64,000 nt of DNA, from positions 16,740,001 through 16,804,000 of the forward strand of contig CM059450.1 of assembly GCA_030390025.1 (NCBI GenBank), read 5' to 3'. Under the pieces are notes generated by a model. The model saw only the letters and a list, made by a program, of their open reading frames with translations, was not told the DNA's origin and made no database searches. Positions 37,801 through 49,069 of the stretch are shown here, in pieces. Positions within the stretch are counted from its first letter, which is position 1, and the number at the start of each line of letters is the position of its first letter. Origin of the DNA: Squalus acanthias. Its lineage: Eukaryota. The translations under genes and the position numbers were made by a program.

Positions 37801-40800
37801 TCTCGATCGCTCCCAGATTTAAGCGTTGCAACAAGATGTCCAAATCCCCTGGCTCCTGAAATAGCCCATCAAAGAGTTTTAAAATTATTTGCACAAGAGT
37901 CGCGGCTCCACATTGCACGGTCTATTCTCTTATTTTTAAATAAACACATGCACAATCCAACCTTTGAATGCAAAAGGTAAAAAGAGAGAAAACCCGGAAC
38001 CCACCTTTTTTCAGCTGCCTGACATAAAGCATCGCCGCTAGCAACAGCAGGAGTGAAATTGCTGCGAGGACGATGAAATAAATAGACTGGGAGGCGAGCC
38101 AGTCCGGGCACCCAGTGCTGCTGTCGGTGGGAGGTGGGGCACTCCAGGAGTCTTCAGAGGATCCGGGCTCTGAAACCCAAACAACAGCCCCATCAGATTC
38201 CAGGGCACCAACCCCCAGGGGTTTAGGAAACCAACAGCAATAGCTAGACAAAAGCAAAATACTGCGGATGCTGGAAATCTGAAATAGATTAGATTCTGAA
38301 ATACATCTAACTTTTTCCAGTTCTGACTAAGGTTCCAGCGACCTGAAACGTTGACTCTGCTCCTCTCTCTCCGCAGATGCTGCCTGACCTGCTGAGTATT
38401 TCCAGCAATATTTAGATATTTAAAAAATATTAATAATATTTCTTCTGATATCTTCCAGCAAAAGAACAAGACTTTTAATTGTTAAACTTCGCCGGATCAG
38501 ATGTTAGCGACCTCTGATTCTGTTCAGTTTATAGATCTTCGGGCTGCTGCCTTTAATGTTGGAGGCTCTCCGACAATACAGCGACAGAAAACTTTTCAAA
38601 CCGATGACATTTCAGATGAGCGCGGCCCTCTCCAACTCTAATCCTCCCTTCGCGTCACAGGCAACTTTAAGAAGACAACTTTTTAAAAAATTCGAACCAT
38701 TTGAGCCGCTGAGTTCAATATAAATATTCATTGGACCCAACGCATAAAATGATTTCGTACCCTGAACTCGACAGCGGAAGCAGACTGGCCCAAATACTTG
38801 CCCCAATATCAGTTCCATCTCTTTAGTTTTAAAACTGTGCAGCAAGCGAAAGAAAGAGATAGCCATTGTCTCTCACTGTGGAAATGATCAGAGGACTCAA
38901 CGGATAAAAAGAGACACAGATAATGCTGGAACTACACAGCAAACACAACATCTGGAAAGAGAAAATAGACATTGAGGTTTCTCTTGTAGATCCTAACCCT
39001 AAACTGAAGGCTCCAACACCCAAATCATTCACCCGTCAGTTTCTCTGATCCTGGCCATTCTGCTATAAGAACATAAGAATTAGGAGCAAGAGTAGGCCTC
39101 GAGCCTGCCTAGCCATTCAATAAGATCACGGCTGATCTTTGACCTCAACTCCACTTTCCTGCCCGATCCCCATATCCCTTGATTCCCTTAGAGTCCAAAA
39201 ATCTATTGATCTCAACGATTCAGAATCCACAGCTCTTTGGGGTAGAGAGTTACAAAGATTCACAACCCTCTGAGTGAAGAAATGCCTCCTCATCTCAGTC
39301 TTAAATGGCCGACCCTGGTTGATTCCTGGGGATGAGGGGGTTGACTTATGAAGAAAGGTTGAGCAGGTTGGGCCTATACTCATTGGAATTTAGAAGAATG
39401 AAAGGTGATTTTATTGAAACATATAAGATACTGAGTGGGCTCGACAAGGTAGAGGCAGAGAGGATGTTTCCCCTCGTGGGGAAATCTAGAACTCGGGGGC
39501 ATAGTTTCAGAATAAAGGGTCGCCCTTTTAGAACTGAGATGAGGAGGAATTTCTTCTCTCAGAGGGTCGTAAATCTGTGGAATTTTCTGCCCCAGAGAGC
39601 CGTGGAGGCTGGGTCATTAAATACATTTAAGGTGGAGAGAGACAGATTTTTACAAGATAAGGGAGTGAAGGGTTATGGGGAGCGGGCAGGGAAGTGACTT
39701 TGAGCCCAAGGTCAGCCATGATCTTATTGAATGGCAGAGCAGGCTCGAGGGGCCAAGTGGCCTATTTCTGCTCCTATTTCTTATGTTCTTATGACCCCTT
39801 ATCCTGAGACTATGTCCCCTAGTTCTAGACTCTCCAGCCGGGGGAAACAACCTCTCAGCATCTACCCTGTCAATCCCCTCAGAATCTTGTATGTTTCTTT
39901 GTTTCCCTCAGGTTCTGTTTTTGAGTCTTTATGGATCCTTGGTGAATTACCAATCTGGGCCTGGTGTGATTCTGGAAACAGCCAGCCTCTTGTGGTTAGG
40001 GGTTAGGAGAGGCTTAAGCCTTGTTGTTAGAATTTGTGCTGTACCTGGGCCATCAGCCCTGTCTGTGTGTTGGTGACATTCATAACCTTACTTTGAAAGA
40101 CAAGAAAGAACGTGCCTTTATATAGCTCCCTTCACAAGCTCCGGATGTCCCAAAGCTCTTCACAGGAAATTGAGTTTTGTTTGAAGTGCAGTCACTATTG
40201 TAAATTAGGGAAAGAGGGCAGATAATTTGGGCACAGCAAGGACCCACAAACAGAAATGAGATAAATGACCAGATCATCTGTTTTTGGTGGTGTTGGTTAG
40301 GGTAATAAACGCTGGCTAGTGCCCCTGCTCTTCTTCAATAGTGTGAAGCCATATTTTACTTCTTAGTTTAACATCTCATCGGAAAGTTCGCACCTTTAAA
40401 GTGCTGCACTGAAATGTCAGCCTGGATTAATCACTCAAGTCTCTGACGTGGGACTTGAACCTACCACCTTCTGATTCAGAGGCAACAACAGCAATTTGCA
40501 TTTACATAGCGCCTTTAATGTAGTAAAACATCTCAAGGCGCTTCACAGGAGCAAAGCAACATTTGACACCGTGCCTCGTAAGGAGATATTAGGTTAAGCG
40601 ACCCAAAGCTTAGTCAAAGAGGTAGATTTTAAGGAGCGTCTTAAAGGAGGAGAGAGAGGTAGAGAGGCGGAAAGGTTTAGGGAGGGAATTCCAGAACTCA
40701 GGGCCCGGGCAGCTGAAGGCACGACCGCCAATGGTGGAGCGATTAAAATCGGGGATGCTCAAGAGGCCAGAATTGGAGGACTCAGAGATCTCTGAGGGTT

Positions 40801-43800
40801 GCGGGGCTCGAGGAGGCTACAGAGATAGGGAGGGGGGGGGGGCGAGGCCCTGGAGGGATTTGAAAACAAGTGTGAGAATTTTAAAATCGAGCCGTTGCTG
40901 GATCGGGAGCCAATGTAGGTCACCGAGCACAGGGGTGATGGGTGAAAGGGACTTGGTGCGAGTTAGGACACGGGCAGCCGAGTTTTGGATGAGTTCAAGT
41001 TTATGATAGAATCATAGTATCGTAGAATGATACAGCACAGAAGGGGGCCATTTGGCCCATCGTGCCTGTGCCGGCTCTTTGGTAGAGTTATCCAATTAAT
41101 CCCACTCCTCTGCTGTTTCCCCATAGCCCTGTATTTTTTTTCCCTTCAAGTGTTTATCTGATTCTCTTTTGAAGGCTACTATTGAATCTGCTTCCACCAC
41201 CCTTCAGGCAGCGCATTCCAAATCCTAACCACTCGCTGCGTAAAAAAATGTTTCCTCACATCGCCTCTCTGGAGGGAAGAAAGCTACCACTGAACCAAAA
41301 CTGACACCTAATTTATGATTATGTTTTAAATGAAAAAATTAAAATAGTCATGAGAGATCGATCAGGCTATATTTAATTCAATATCTTAACTGAGGTGAAG
41401 ATCACTTTTAGAACATAAGAAATAGGAGCAGGAGTCGGCCATACGGCCCCTCGAGCCTGCTCCACCATTCAATAAGATCATGGCTGATCTTCGACCTCAA
41501 CTCCACTTTCCCGCCCGATCTCCATATCCCTTGATTCCCCTAGAGTCCAAAAATCGATCGATCTCAGCCTTGAATATACTCAAAGACTCAGCATTCACAG
41601 CCCTCTGGGGCAGAGAATTCCAAAGATTCACAACCCTCTGAGTGAAGAAATTCCTCCTCATCTCAGTCTTAAATGGCCGCCCCCTTGTCCTGAGACTATG
41701 CCCCCTAGTTCTAGACACTCCAGCCAGGGGAAACAACCTCTCAGCATCTACCCTGTCAATCCCCTTCAAAATCTTGTATGTTTCAATGAGATCACCTCTC
41801 GTTCTTCTAAACTCCAGAGAGTATAGGCCCATTCTACACAATCTCTCATCATAGGACAGCCCTCTCATCCCAGGAATCAGTCTAGTGAACCTTCGTTGCA
41901 CCGCCTCCAAGGCAAGTATATCCTTCCTTAGATAAGGAGACTAAAACTCTGCACAGTACTCCAGGTGTGGTCTCACCAAGGCCCTGTACAATTGTAGCAA
42001 GACATCCTTACTCTTATACTCCAACCCCCCTTGCAATAAAGGCCAACATGCCATTTAGGTATCAATGACACAACATAATCTACTTCTTTGGCTACTCTCC
42101 CTACTCTATAGCTTCTTTAGGTCATGTTCTTTTGACATCTAGGGCACAATAGCGTCAAAAATTAAAAAATATATTTTCTTCATCGGAGTTAAAAACAAAG
42201 CGAAAGGCTAAAAACAGCGTGGCATTCTGTACCATGACAAGACATATCAGGGCACTTTTCTAAATAAGGGCTGGAAGAAGTGTCACCGTAGACCAGTTAA
42301 CTTCTAGATCAATTCAAGAACGTTTTAAGGAGCACGGTTTCTGGATGCCCTTCATCAAGCTTCAAACATTAACCTACAAAGAAGTCTTACATACAAATCT
42401 CAATTATTGCCTTGAAAGAAACTAGTAACTGCTGGAGATACAGGGAGGGCCAGTCAGCATCTGTAGAGATTAAAGGCAAGTTAACACAGAGTAAAACCCT
42501 TCTAAGTAGAGAACTACACTTCAAAAATACCTCATTGGCTGTGGAGCGTTTTGGGATGTGAGAGGCGCCACATAAATGCAAGTTCTTTCTTTCTTGAAGA
42601 AGAGTTCTATTGAAATATTAACTTGCCTTTTCTCTCCACACATTCTGACTGACCTGCTGCGTATTTCCAGCATTTTTCTGTTTTGGTTTCAAATTTCAAG
42701 CTTTTGCAGTTTTTATTCAATCAATTTGTACTTTGTGGGTTCAAGTCCCACTCCAGAGACTTGAGCACAAAAATCTAGGCTGACGTTCCAGTGCAGTGCT
42801 GAGGGAGTGCTGCACTGTCAGAGCTGCCATCTTTCAGATGAGACGTTAAATCGAGGCCCCGTCTGCCCTCTCAGGTGGACGTAAAAGATCCGATGGCACT
42901 ATTTTGAAGAAGAGCAGGGGAGTTATCCCAGTGTCCTGGTCAATATTTATCCCTCAATCAACATCAGTAAAACAGACTATCTGGTCATTATCACATTGCT
43001 GTTTGTGGGAGCTTGCTGTGCGCAAATCGGCTGCCGCGTTTCCTACATTACAACAGTGACTACACTTCAAAAAGTACTTCATTGGTTATAAAGCACTTTG
43101 GTCATGAAAGGCGCTATATAAATGCAAGACTTTCTTTTTTTTTCTTTCGGTTATTGCGTTGCTCAGCTGCGTCCTTGTTGCTTGTTACTTCTCAAAGCGC
43201 TGTTTCGCTAACTATGCACGATTTACTGATGGGCTACTTCCTAAGTGGTCCAGTCTCTGATTGAAGATGCCCTGGTGTCACCAGAACGTCACTAATTCTT
43301 GGTTGGAATTGTAACCCTAATCTGAAGGGAGAGCTGAGCTGTTCTATATTCTCAGCTCTTGACGGATATGATCTCCACGATGGAAAAAAGTCTGTCATTT
43401 TTGTTGTCAGTTGGGTAAATGATGCAGGTTCTCCATCAGTTCCTCTAATCTGATCACGCGACTTGGGTTACAGTATCGTCCCTTCAATTGATTGGAAAAA
43501 GTGACAACTCAATGCGTAGATCAGAGCAAACATTCGACTAACAGGACAACACGTAGGAATGGCTAGATGAAAACAGACCCAGGTCTATCTCGTTGGCCTT
43601 CTACCATCCTGGCCGTCGCATGATACAACGATAATGGAGCGGTTGACTAACCACAGTAATCAATCTTTATCAATTAGTCTACAACAGACCCAGAAATTAC
43701 ACAAGGAAAATCTCAGTGGTGGAGAGATTTTGGAAGAATAGGTAGTCACCTTTCCCTTCCAAGCATGCTACACTTGCCATATGTCATGTCTCAACTGACT

Positions 43801-46800
43801 CATATACCCTATCCCAAAATGCTATTTTTCTCAAACAAATTTATCAAATTTAGATTTGAATGAAATCGATACGAACTGCTTCCACCGTTTCCCTAGGGAG
43901 CCTGTTCCATAGATTGACCGCTTGCTCACTGGAATAATGGCCCCGATATTTACGGGGCTGCAAATGTTCATGGGAACGCCTCGAGGCTGCGGACGCGAAG
44001 GCCCTGCCGAATTTAGCGGCAAAACCTCATTATAATTTTTCCCTTCCGTTTCAGAATGAACAGGCTGGACGGCTGCCGGGTGGGAAAACAGCCGGGGGAC
44101 CGTCTCCAGCTATTGGGAGGGGGGGGGGGGTGGGGAACGGCTGGAGACTGGGGTTGAGAGTGGGGGAGAGAGAGGTCATCGTGAGAGGGGAGAAGGCCAG
44201 AGATCGGTGCTTGACGGTGCTTGAGGGGGGTTGAGAGAGACGATTGCGTTGAGGGGGGAAGGCTGGAGATCGGGGCTTGAGGTGGGGCTGTGTGGGGGAG
44301 GTCGGCCACGATCGTGACATGGAAAGGATATCAGCGTTGGTGTCGGTGGGGGGGGGAGAGATCTGCGATCCCGGCAGGGGAAAGAGAGAGGCCGCGATCG
44401 GGAGAAGGGAAGCCCTAGGGGCAATGAGAGCACTCCTGCTCCTCCTGGCTGACTAAGAGTGCTGTAAAAGGCACTTCCTTTCTGGAGCCGGCATCTCCCA
44501 CCTCCCTTTTGCTGTTGGGTTTCTCGAGCCCTGAAAAGCCCATGAGGCAGCTGTTAAATTTAAACCAGGCTACCAACTGCACTGTGCGAGCTTAATGAAG
44601 TGCCCTGCCTCTCTACGATGGAGTACTCGCACAACATGAAACGCGCCGCCTTGAAAATGGCGGCAGGCGTGTGCGTGGCGGGTTGCAGTCGCGTTCCCCG
44701 TTTTTTTCTTTTTTAACCCTTTCCCGCCCATCGCGGAGGGTGGGTGAAGGGGATAATATCGAGGCCAATGTTTCCACAAATAATTTTGGTTTTACCTCTC
44801 TTCAAGCGCGGGCCGTACTGTTCCCTTTGCCTTCTTAATGGCCCAATCTACTTGTACTGTCACCTTTACTGTGCTTTGTATTGCAAAGTTACAAAGTATT
44901 TACAGCACAGAAACAGGCCATTCGGCCCAACAGGTCTGTGCCGGTGTTTATGCTCCAAATGAGCCTCCTCCCACCTTTCTTCATCTCACCCCATCAACAT
45001 ACCCTTCTTTTCCTTTCTCCCTCATGTACTTATTTAGCTTCCCCTTAAATACATCTCTGCTATTCGCCTCAACTACTCCTTGTGGTAACGAGTTCCACAT
45101 TCTCACCACCCTCTGGTTATAGAAGTTTCTCGTGAGTTCTCTATTGGATTTATTAATGACTATTTTATATTTAGGGCCCCTAGTTCTGGTCTCCCCGTAA
45201 CTGGAAACATCTTCTTAACGTAACCCTATCGAAACCCTTTCATAATCTTAAAGGCCTCTATCAGGTTGCCCCTCAGCCTTCTTTTTCTAGAGCAAAGAGC
45301 CCCAGCCTGTTCAATCTTCCTGATAGGTACAACCTCTCAGTTCTGGTATCATTCTAGTAAATCTTTTTTTTGCACCTTCTCCGGTGCCTTTATATCCTTT
45401 TTATAATATGGAGACCAGAACTGTGCGCAGTACTCTAAGTGTGGTCTAACCAAGGTTCGATACAAGTTTAACATAACTTCTCTGCTTTTCAATTCTATTC
45501 CTCTAGAAATGAACCTCAGTGCTTGGTTTGCTTTTTTTTAAATGCCTTATTAACCTGCGTCACTACTTTTAGTGATTTGTTTAACTTGTACCCTGAGATC
45601 CCCCTGTTCCTCTAGCCCATTTAGACACTTTTTCCCAAGGAGTATGTGGCCTCCTTATTCTTCCTACCAAAACATACTATCTCACACTTATCTATATTGA
45701 AGTTCATTATCCAATTACACGCCTATTCTGTAAGTTTATTAATGCATTTTGTCACAGTCCTCCTCTGTAGTAACTACACCCCCCCCCAAATTTGGTGTCA
45801 TCTGCAAATTTTGAAATTGTGCTTCCAATTTTACAGTCCGAATCGTTTATGTAAATGGTGAAAAACAGTGGTAACAGCACCGATCCCTGTGGAACACCAC
45901 TTCCCACCATTTCCCAGTCTCAGTAACTACCTTTAACCCCTACTCTCTGTTTTCTGTTTTGTAGCCAGCGTGCTATCCATTCTGCTACTTGTCCCCGACT
46001 CCACATGTTCTGACCATAGTCATGAGTCTACTATGCGGTACCTTATTGAAGGCTTTTTGGAAATCCATATATATCCCGTCTACTGCATTGTCCTTATGTA
46101 CCCTTTCTGTTACTTCTTAAAAGAATTCAATAAGGTTGGTCAAGCATTACTCTTCCCCTTTGGAATCCATGCTGACTACTCTATTATATTGTCAGTTTCT
46201 AGATGTTTTTCTATTACATCTTTGAGTAAGAATTCCATTATCTTTCCGACCACTTGTTCTATCTCCCTTTTTATATATAGGAAACACATTATCTGTCCAC
46301 CAGTCCTCTGGCACTATTCACTTTTCTAATGAATTTTTACATATACATGTAATAGTGCCTCCGCTATCTCTTCCCTAACTTCTTTTAATATGCTTCCATC
46401 TGGGCCAGGGGTTTTATCCTCTCTAAGTTGGATTAGTTTATCAATTATCTCCCCCATTTCTATCTGAACAATAGCATAATGGAACCTAGGACTCATCCCT
46501 ACCAAGATCCCTCAACTTCCTGTCAGCCGTGGCTCAGTTGGTAGCACCCTTGCCTCTGAGTCAGAAGGTTCTGGGTCTCAAGTCCTACTCCAGAGACTTG
46601 AGCACAAAAATCTAGACTGACACTCCAGTGCAGTGCTGAGGGAGTGCTGCACTGTCAGAGGTGCCATCTTTGGATGAGACATTACACTGAGGCCCCATGT
46701 GCTCTCGCAGGTGGACGTAAAAGGTCTTATGACACTATTTCAAAGAAGAGCAGGGAGGGGAGGTGTCCTGGCCAATTTTTATCCCTCAATCAACATCACT

Positions 46801-49069
46801 AAAACAGATTATCTGATCATTATCACATTGCTGTTTGTGGGACCTTGCTGTGCACAAATTGGCTGCCGCGTTTCCTACATTACAACAGTGACTACACTTC
46901 AAAAAGTACTTCATTGGCTGTAAAGCGCTTTGGAATGTCTGGTGGTTGTGAAAGGTGGTATATAAATGAAAGCCTTTCTTTCTTCTCCACTCTACTTAAA
47001 ATCTTGCCATTTTATGTCTTTTCTGTTTCCTATTCTTCCAGTTTTTGATTGTTCCATGGGGTGACTGGTGTCAATAATCAGAAATGCATGAATCGATGTG
47101 CCCACTTTTTGATAAAAGGGACATCAACAAAAAAAGGTTCAGTTTGAGTTATTAATCTAAAACCGGGACAAACAAAGCTTCTCAAATTATAATGTTGTTG
47201 GCCGAGTCAATCATGCACTCCAGTCCCTTCAGTGTCCACCGGTCACGGAAAGCTTCAAGCGTGCTGGCGGACACTACGTGCTCCCTCTCCAGGGACACCT
47301 GGGTGTGGACGTAGCCGCGGCAGGCAGTGGGACGGAGAGTCCCCTCGACCGCGTGCTGCCTGGACCTGTGGATGGCTCCCTTGGCCAGGCCCAGGAGCAG
47401 ACCCATGATGAGGTCGTCTGACGTGCCTGCTTCCCTCCTCCGCAGCGGGTGGCCAAAGATCAGGAGTGTGGGACTGCCATGCAGCCCAAGGGTGTGGAAG
47501 AGGGGGCCCTTTTCCAAGTCTTGCTCCTAAAATGTATTATTTCACAATTTATTGCATTAAACTGCATCTGCCGCCTATTTGCCCATCCTGCTAGCCTATA
47601 TCCTCCTGCAGTCTTTCACAATCCTTGTCATAATTTGTCCTAATCCTAAAATTGATGTCATCAGCAAATTTTGATGTTGTTCATTCAATACCCAAGTCTA
47701 GATCATTTAAGTATATATTAAATAAGAGCCCCAATGCAGAACCCCTGGGGAACACCACTCATCATGCCTTTCCAGTCTGAGAAATTTCCTTTGTTTTCTG
47801 CCCTCCAACCATTTCTCTATGGACGTGGCCCCAGTTTCTTTGCCGTAAGGCTCTTATCGAATACTGCACCCTGATATTTGATCCGCTTTTTCTTGTTTTG
47901 CTGTCAGCAATTTTTCCTGCCACACAAAATAAATACGAATCTTTACCTGTCAGGATCAATTTGGTTCCATTTCCGAAGTACAACATCCCATATCTCCAGC
48001 CCGCACAGAAGTAAATCCCGACATCAGATGCAAGGACTTTTGCAATTGTTAAATTTAAACTCTGGTAATCCAGGGTCATTTTAAAGGACGCATTGTCGGG
48101 AATCCCTTCAGAATAGATGACTTGCTTGGAGTTGAGGAATGAATGCACCAGAACCACGGGAGCTCGTCCTTCCCGCTGCCGCAGCCAGTACACGTTGTTA
48201 TAGTGAACAAAGGACTGACTCTGGACAAGACACGTCAGGGTCACAGTGTCTCCCAACCCAACTGACTGGGACACCTCAGGCTGGAAGATCAGGTAACTAC
48301 ACTGCACACCTGGAGGGAAGAATGCAGAGAAAAAAAAACATCAGGAGAGGAACCAGAAGGCACAAGAGAAAATAGTCACTATATTTCCTACATTACAACA
48401 GTGGCTACACTTCGAAAGTACTTCATTGGCTGTAAAGCACTTTGGGACGTCCTGAGAAGTGCTTTTCCTTTTGTTGTTAGAGTTGAGAAGTAAGATTGTA
48501 GAATATACAATTCGGATTTCCAGACGGTAATAGCAAAGTTCTAGACAGAATCATAGACATTTACGGCACAGAAAGAGGCCATTCAGCCCATCGTGTCAGT
48601 GCCAGCCTAATCCCACTTTCCAGCTCTTGGTCCGTAGCCCTGTGGGTTACGGCTTTTCAAGTGCATATCCAAGTACTTTTTAAATGCGATGAGGGTTTCT
48701 GCCTCGACTACCCTTTCAGGCAGTGAGTTCCAGACCCCCACCACCCTCTGGGTGAAAAAAGTTCTCCTCAACTCCCCTCTAATCCTTCTACCAATTACTT
48801 TAAATCTATGCCCCCCTGGTTATTGACCTCACTGCTAAATTATTTTAAAATAATTAAAAAAGCATGATTACAATTTACAGTTAAACCGACGTTTTATTTC
48901 CTCCGTTTCTATTTTGTGCATTGATAGATCCCAAAAGCGATGACACTCTCATTTTAACTATGTGTAGAAGTAACAAAAAGAGGTTGAAAGGATTGACACT
49001 GCAGTGAGCGGGACACTCAGCCGAAAACTCACAGCTCTGGAGCAGCACAAACAGCAACAGACGCCGCAT
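28737..49069 (-). CDS. Whole gene: single-V(J)-domain ITIM-bearing inhibitory receptor (NITR-like), 5 exons, 744-nt CDS, 247 aa
   Basis: Exons 49069-49033, 48309-47947, 38169-38005, 30863-30802, 28853-28737; all GT-AG, intron phases 1,1,1,0, no internal stops. Confidence 0.8.
29095..29410 (+). mobile_element. DeuSINE 3' part
   Basis: Shared SINE core and tail. Confidence 0.75.
30364..30401 (-). ncRNA. Minimal type I hammerhead ribozyme (family B)
   Basis: TCAC-CTGACGA-A-GGAGC AGT GCTCC-GAAA-GC-TT-GTGA: conserved core, stem II, palindromic AAGCTT stem III, stem I TCAC/GTGA. Confidence 0.7.
30546..30583 (+). ncRNA. Minimal type I hammerhead ribozyme (family B)
   Basis: ttcacCTGACGAaggagcagcgctccGAAAgcTTgtga. 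Confidence 0.7.
30802..30863 (-). CDS. NITR-like receptor exon 4 (proximal cytoplasmic, 62 nt)
   Basis: tttcaatccatcag| ... gag|gtaagg; phase 1 to 0 bridges the TM and ITIM exons; GWALTLIGEQVSTFGSATRRE. Confidence 0.7.
30940..31300 (-). mobile_element. Penelope-like 3' terminal fragment with a degenerate hammerhead (31042-31078)
   Basis: Matches 63400-63670; core mutated to CTGACAA. Confidence 0.7.
31390..31850 (+). mobile_element. DeuSINE, full length
   Basis: tRNA-like head, core and L2-like tail. Confidence 0.8.
32588..33285. mobile_element. Harbinger-like MITE, copy 1
   Basis: Perfect 12-bp TIRs GGGCTGGATTTT / AAAATCCAGCCC, TSD AAT; internal 29-bp tandem repeat at 32881-32980; paralog at 56232. 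Confidence 0.9.
33795..34055 (-). mobile_element. HE1-like SINE / CR1 tail fragment
   Basis: Reverse complement of 16465-16730 (ttgacccttagtgttagggggg..tggggttacggggatagg). Confidence 0.6.
34296..34493. repeat. 98-bp tandem duplication overlapping the Myb gene stop codon
   Basis: ccatttgcatcaagtcattaaccgcccaagcgtcaacc at 34296 and 34394. Confidence 0.9.
34449..37411 (-). CDS. Harbinger-type Myb/SANT-like (trihelix, NAIF1/MSANTD-related) DNA-binding protein, 3 exons, 491 aa
   Basis: Exon 1 37411-37172 (RFSDTSLEVMV..KKAWVEVAEEVS..PRTWIQCRKRFNDL, |gtgagt); exon 2 35799-35646 (EKAAHN..GGG..LTQVEQAA); exon 3 35530-34449; phases 0 and 1; 1476 nt open. Confidence 0.8.
36020..36895. mobile_element. 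CR1 tails and a DeuSINE nested in Myb intron 1
   Basis: CR1 3' UTR motifs in both orientations; SINE core at 36170-36430. Confidence 0.75.
37490..37700 (-). promoter_or_regulatory. Putative Myb gene promoter and Harbinger terminus
   Basis: TATTTAAA about 85-90 nt upstream of the ATG, CCAAT near 37582, TIR-like GGGTCCGATTTTAAC ending at 37700 that resembles the MITE TIRs. Confidence 0.5.
38005..38169 (-). CDS. NITR-like receptor exon 3: S/P/T-rich stalk with one Cys, and transmembrane helix
   Basis: tttgggtttcag| ... AAG|gtgggt, 165 nt, phase 1 to 1; EPGSSEDSWSAPPPTDSSTGCPDWLASQSIYFIVLAAISLLLLLAAMLYVRQLKK. Confidence 0.85.
39065..39895. mobile_element. Minus-strand CR1 tail with a plus-strand CR1 tail inserted
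   Basis: CR1 3' motifs in both orientations; gaccc repeated at the junctions. Confidence 0.8.
41410..42055 (-). mobile_element. CR1 3' fragment
   Basis: [38 protein letters not shown]. Confidence 0.9.
42735..43140 (+). mobile_element. DeuSINE
   Basis: Shared core and tail. Confidence 0.8.
43939..44766. mobile_element. Harbinger-like MITE with a G-rich core
   Basis: TIRs GGCCCCGATATT / AATATCGAGGCC, TSD AAT on both sides. Confidence 0.8.
44900..46460 (-). mobile_element. Old degenerate CR1 RT and 3' end
   Basis: Remnants of ggtgttccacagggatcggtgctg, tttgcagatgacaccaaatt and the CR1 3' UTR. Confidence 0.75.
46522..46982 (+). mobile_element. DeuSINE, full length
   Basis: gtcagccgtggctcagttggtagc head, core and tail. 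Confidence 0.8.
47150..47500 (-). mobile_element. Tx1/L1-clade LINE 3' fragment
   Basis: LLIFGHP..DLIMGLLLGLAKGAIHRSR..LEREH..LEAFRDRW resembles a Tx1 ORF2 C-terminus. Confidence 0.6.
47947..48309 (-). CDS. NITR-like receptor exon 2: V-set Ig domain with in-frame J-like G strand
   Basis: ttcttccctccag| ... ACAG|gtaaag; VGLGDTVTLTC, VYWLRQ, LNLTI..DVGIYFC, FGNGTKLILT. Confidence 0.95.
49033..49069 (-). CDS. NITR-like receptor exon 1: signal peptide
   Basis: aaacATG, MRRLLLFVLLQS+T|gtgagt, phase 1; completes to ..SCVQC with exon 2. Confidence 0.85.

Noticed and set aside
38612-38875. ORF with FRCRVQG as a constant-domain exon
   Set aside because: No B-strand Cys or C-strand Trp; the nearby acceptor gives a stop in the required phase
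43234-43450. Open minus-strand frame with MTDFFP resembling a C1 strand
   Set aside because: No cysteines, ends in a stop, no convincing donor
48242-48269. CACAGTG heptamer in the V exon (also cactgtg at 33319 and 38875) as an RSS
   Set aside because: No ACAAAAACC-like nonamer was seen at 12- or 23-nt spacing; the V-exon copy simply encodes DTV on the other strand
47947-48309. V exon as CD8, PD-1 or a germline-joined Ig light chain
   Set aside because: No CxC/CxH Lck motif, no TxYxxI ITSM and no C domain were found. These are disfavoured rather than excluded without a phylogeny
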